From: Vitrella brassicaformis CCMP3155
Taxonomy: Eukaryota > Protista > Chromerida
Direction: 5' to 3'
Assembly (NCBI GenBank): GCA_001179505.1
Contig: CDMY01000456.1
Coordinates: 1 to 64,000 of the forward strand
Length of the DNA: 64,000 bases
This document shows, piece by piece, positions 62,831 to 64,000 of this stretch; the first letter of the stretch is position 1; each line of letters opens with the position of its first letter. The notes under the pieces were generated by a model, which searched no databases, had not been told where the DNA came from, and saw only the letters and a list, made by a program, of their open reading frames with translations. The translations under genes were made by a program, and so were the position numbers.

Positions 62831-64000
62831 TCAAACAAATGTTATTGCCTCCACCACGTCTGCTTTGAATTCACACTCGCCGCCAAGCCAGGCGTGTCGA
62901 TCTTCATCTCTCTTGCCACTGTATCCCTCAGGGACACAATCTCTGTGGAAAGACTGGCGGCACCAGCGTACGTCGGAGCTGTGCCAACCAAGGATCAACG
63001 ACCTTCCCTTCAAGTTGACTCTAAATTTCCACTTCTCGTTGCTTGCCTCCATTCCGAGCACTGTCACCTTTGCTGATTCTCCGTCTGTCTTGAATTCCGT
63101 GAGTTTGTCGAAGCCATGGCCGCAGAGAGAGAAGACTCGCACCGGGCGATCAACCGTCACCGTCTCCGTACGGACGGGTGGGATGGTGCCGTCAATCAAG
63201 TATGCGAATCCATAAGGGCCCTTGCGGGTGAGCAGCAGCAGGTTCTCGGCATTCTCGACTTGCTGAAGGAAGCGCGCATAATCATGGTTGTCCCTCGCCG
63301 AACTGATTGGATACACAGGCACACGCACACACACACACACACATACGTGGTGTGGTTACGTCAGTCGCTCGCGAGGCTTCGCCCTTACCTGTACACTGAT
63401 CGGAGGGCCTCGACCTTCTTGCCAGCCATGGCCGCGACCTCCGATAATTGCGCCGGCGATGCGACGTGAGAAGGACAGAGCTGGAGCGATGTCAGTGTGA
63501 CTTGGAGTGATGGCTGGAGGGCCCCAGGCACATGAGGAGGCTCGACCACACTGCCGGGGAGCGACAGGCGAATCCGACGCAGAAAGTCCACAGCGAGATG
63601 GAAGTGCTCTGGCGACGTCTTGAGTGTCGTGCCGCCCCCCACTCTACGCACACAGAAGCGTTTAATGCTGTGTGTGTGTCTTGGCAACCTCTTCTCTCCA
63701 TCTCCCTATATATGTCACTTGCCTGTCATTGAAGATCTCGCGGATGGAATCACTGCTTGTCGGCTGATCGAGCGTCACCTGCAGTGAGGCCTCTCTGTGC
63801 GATCGCACGCACACACTCTTGACAGACCCCTTATCCTCGCCAGTGCGCAGCAGACCCCCAATCTCCGTGTAGAAGCGCTCCACGTCCTCGAGTGCCTTGG
63901 CCGCATCCATGATGCCCGCCGACCCATCACCCAGCAGCCGATTCTTGATGAGCTTGTCATGGTAGAAGCGGATTGACACCTTGCTCCTCTCCTCATCAGT
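62831..64000 (-). CDS. TLDc-like domain hypothetical protein, 5' part outside the window
   Basis: VYR|...DYARFLQQVENAENLLLLTRKGPYGFAYLIDG...WLGGECEFKADVVE resembles a divergent TLDc fold. Upstream exons run off the window end. Confidence 0.45.

Noticed and set aside
1-64000. rRNA, tRNA or spliced-leader RNA genes
   Set aside because: None recognised by eye. tRNAscan-SE or Infernal would be needed to exclude them.

Overview
This is GC-rich, intron-dense eukaryotic nuclear DNA. Introns are short GT-AG types full of (TG)n, (CTGT)n and (GGAT)n repeats, and there are seven 300-N placeholder gaps. Gene content and style suggest a chromerid alveolate such as Vitrella (inference). The first ~15 kb is a mosaic of broken gene fragments: three HAD-phosphatase copies, an FtsX-type permease piece, an Spt3/TAF13-like piece, a coiled-coil piece and a 5'-truncated RLE-type non-LTR retrotransposon. 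From ~16 kb on there are about 17 mostly intact genes. Seven of these form head-to-head pairs with start codons about 90-460 bp apart, and six of the seven intervals carry the 8-mer TGCGAGCT (one mismatch in the seventh). The genes are a secreted N-glycan-rich protein, an ankyrin protein, an amidohydrolase, a KICS2/C12orf66-like protein, an HPR/OPR-like helical-repeat protein, a CBM20 protein, a plasmepsin IX/X-ASP3-like protease, VPS37, VMA12/TMEM199, an ADP/ATP carrier, a TFxP-repeat protein, tectonic, a coiled-coil protein, RPL36 and a TLDc-like protein. The top finding is at 56198-62320. Manual splicing gives one continuous reading frame joining a plastid-type bipartite leader, four S1 RNA-binding domains and a complete bacterial-type IF2. 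Family calls come from motif recognition only; no searches were run.
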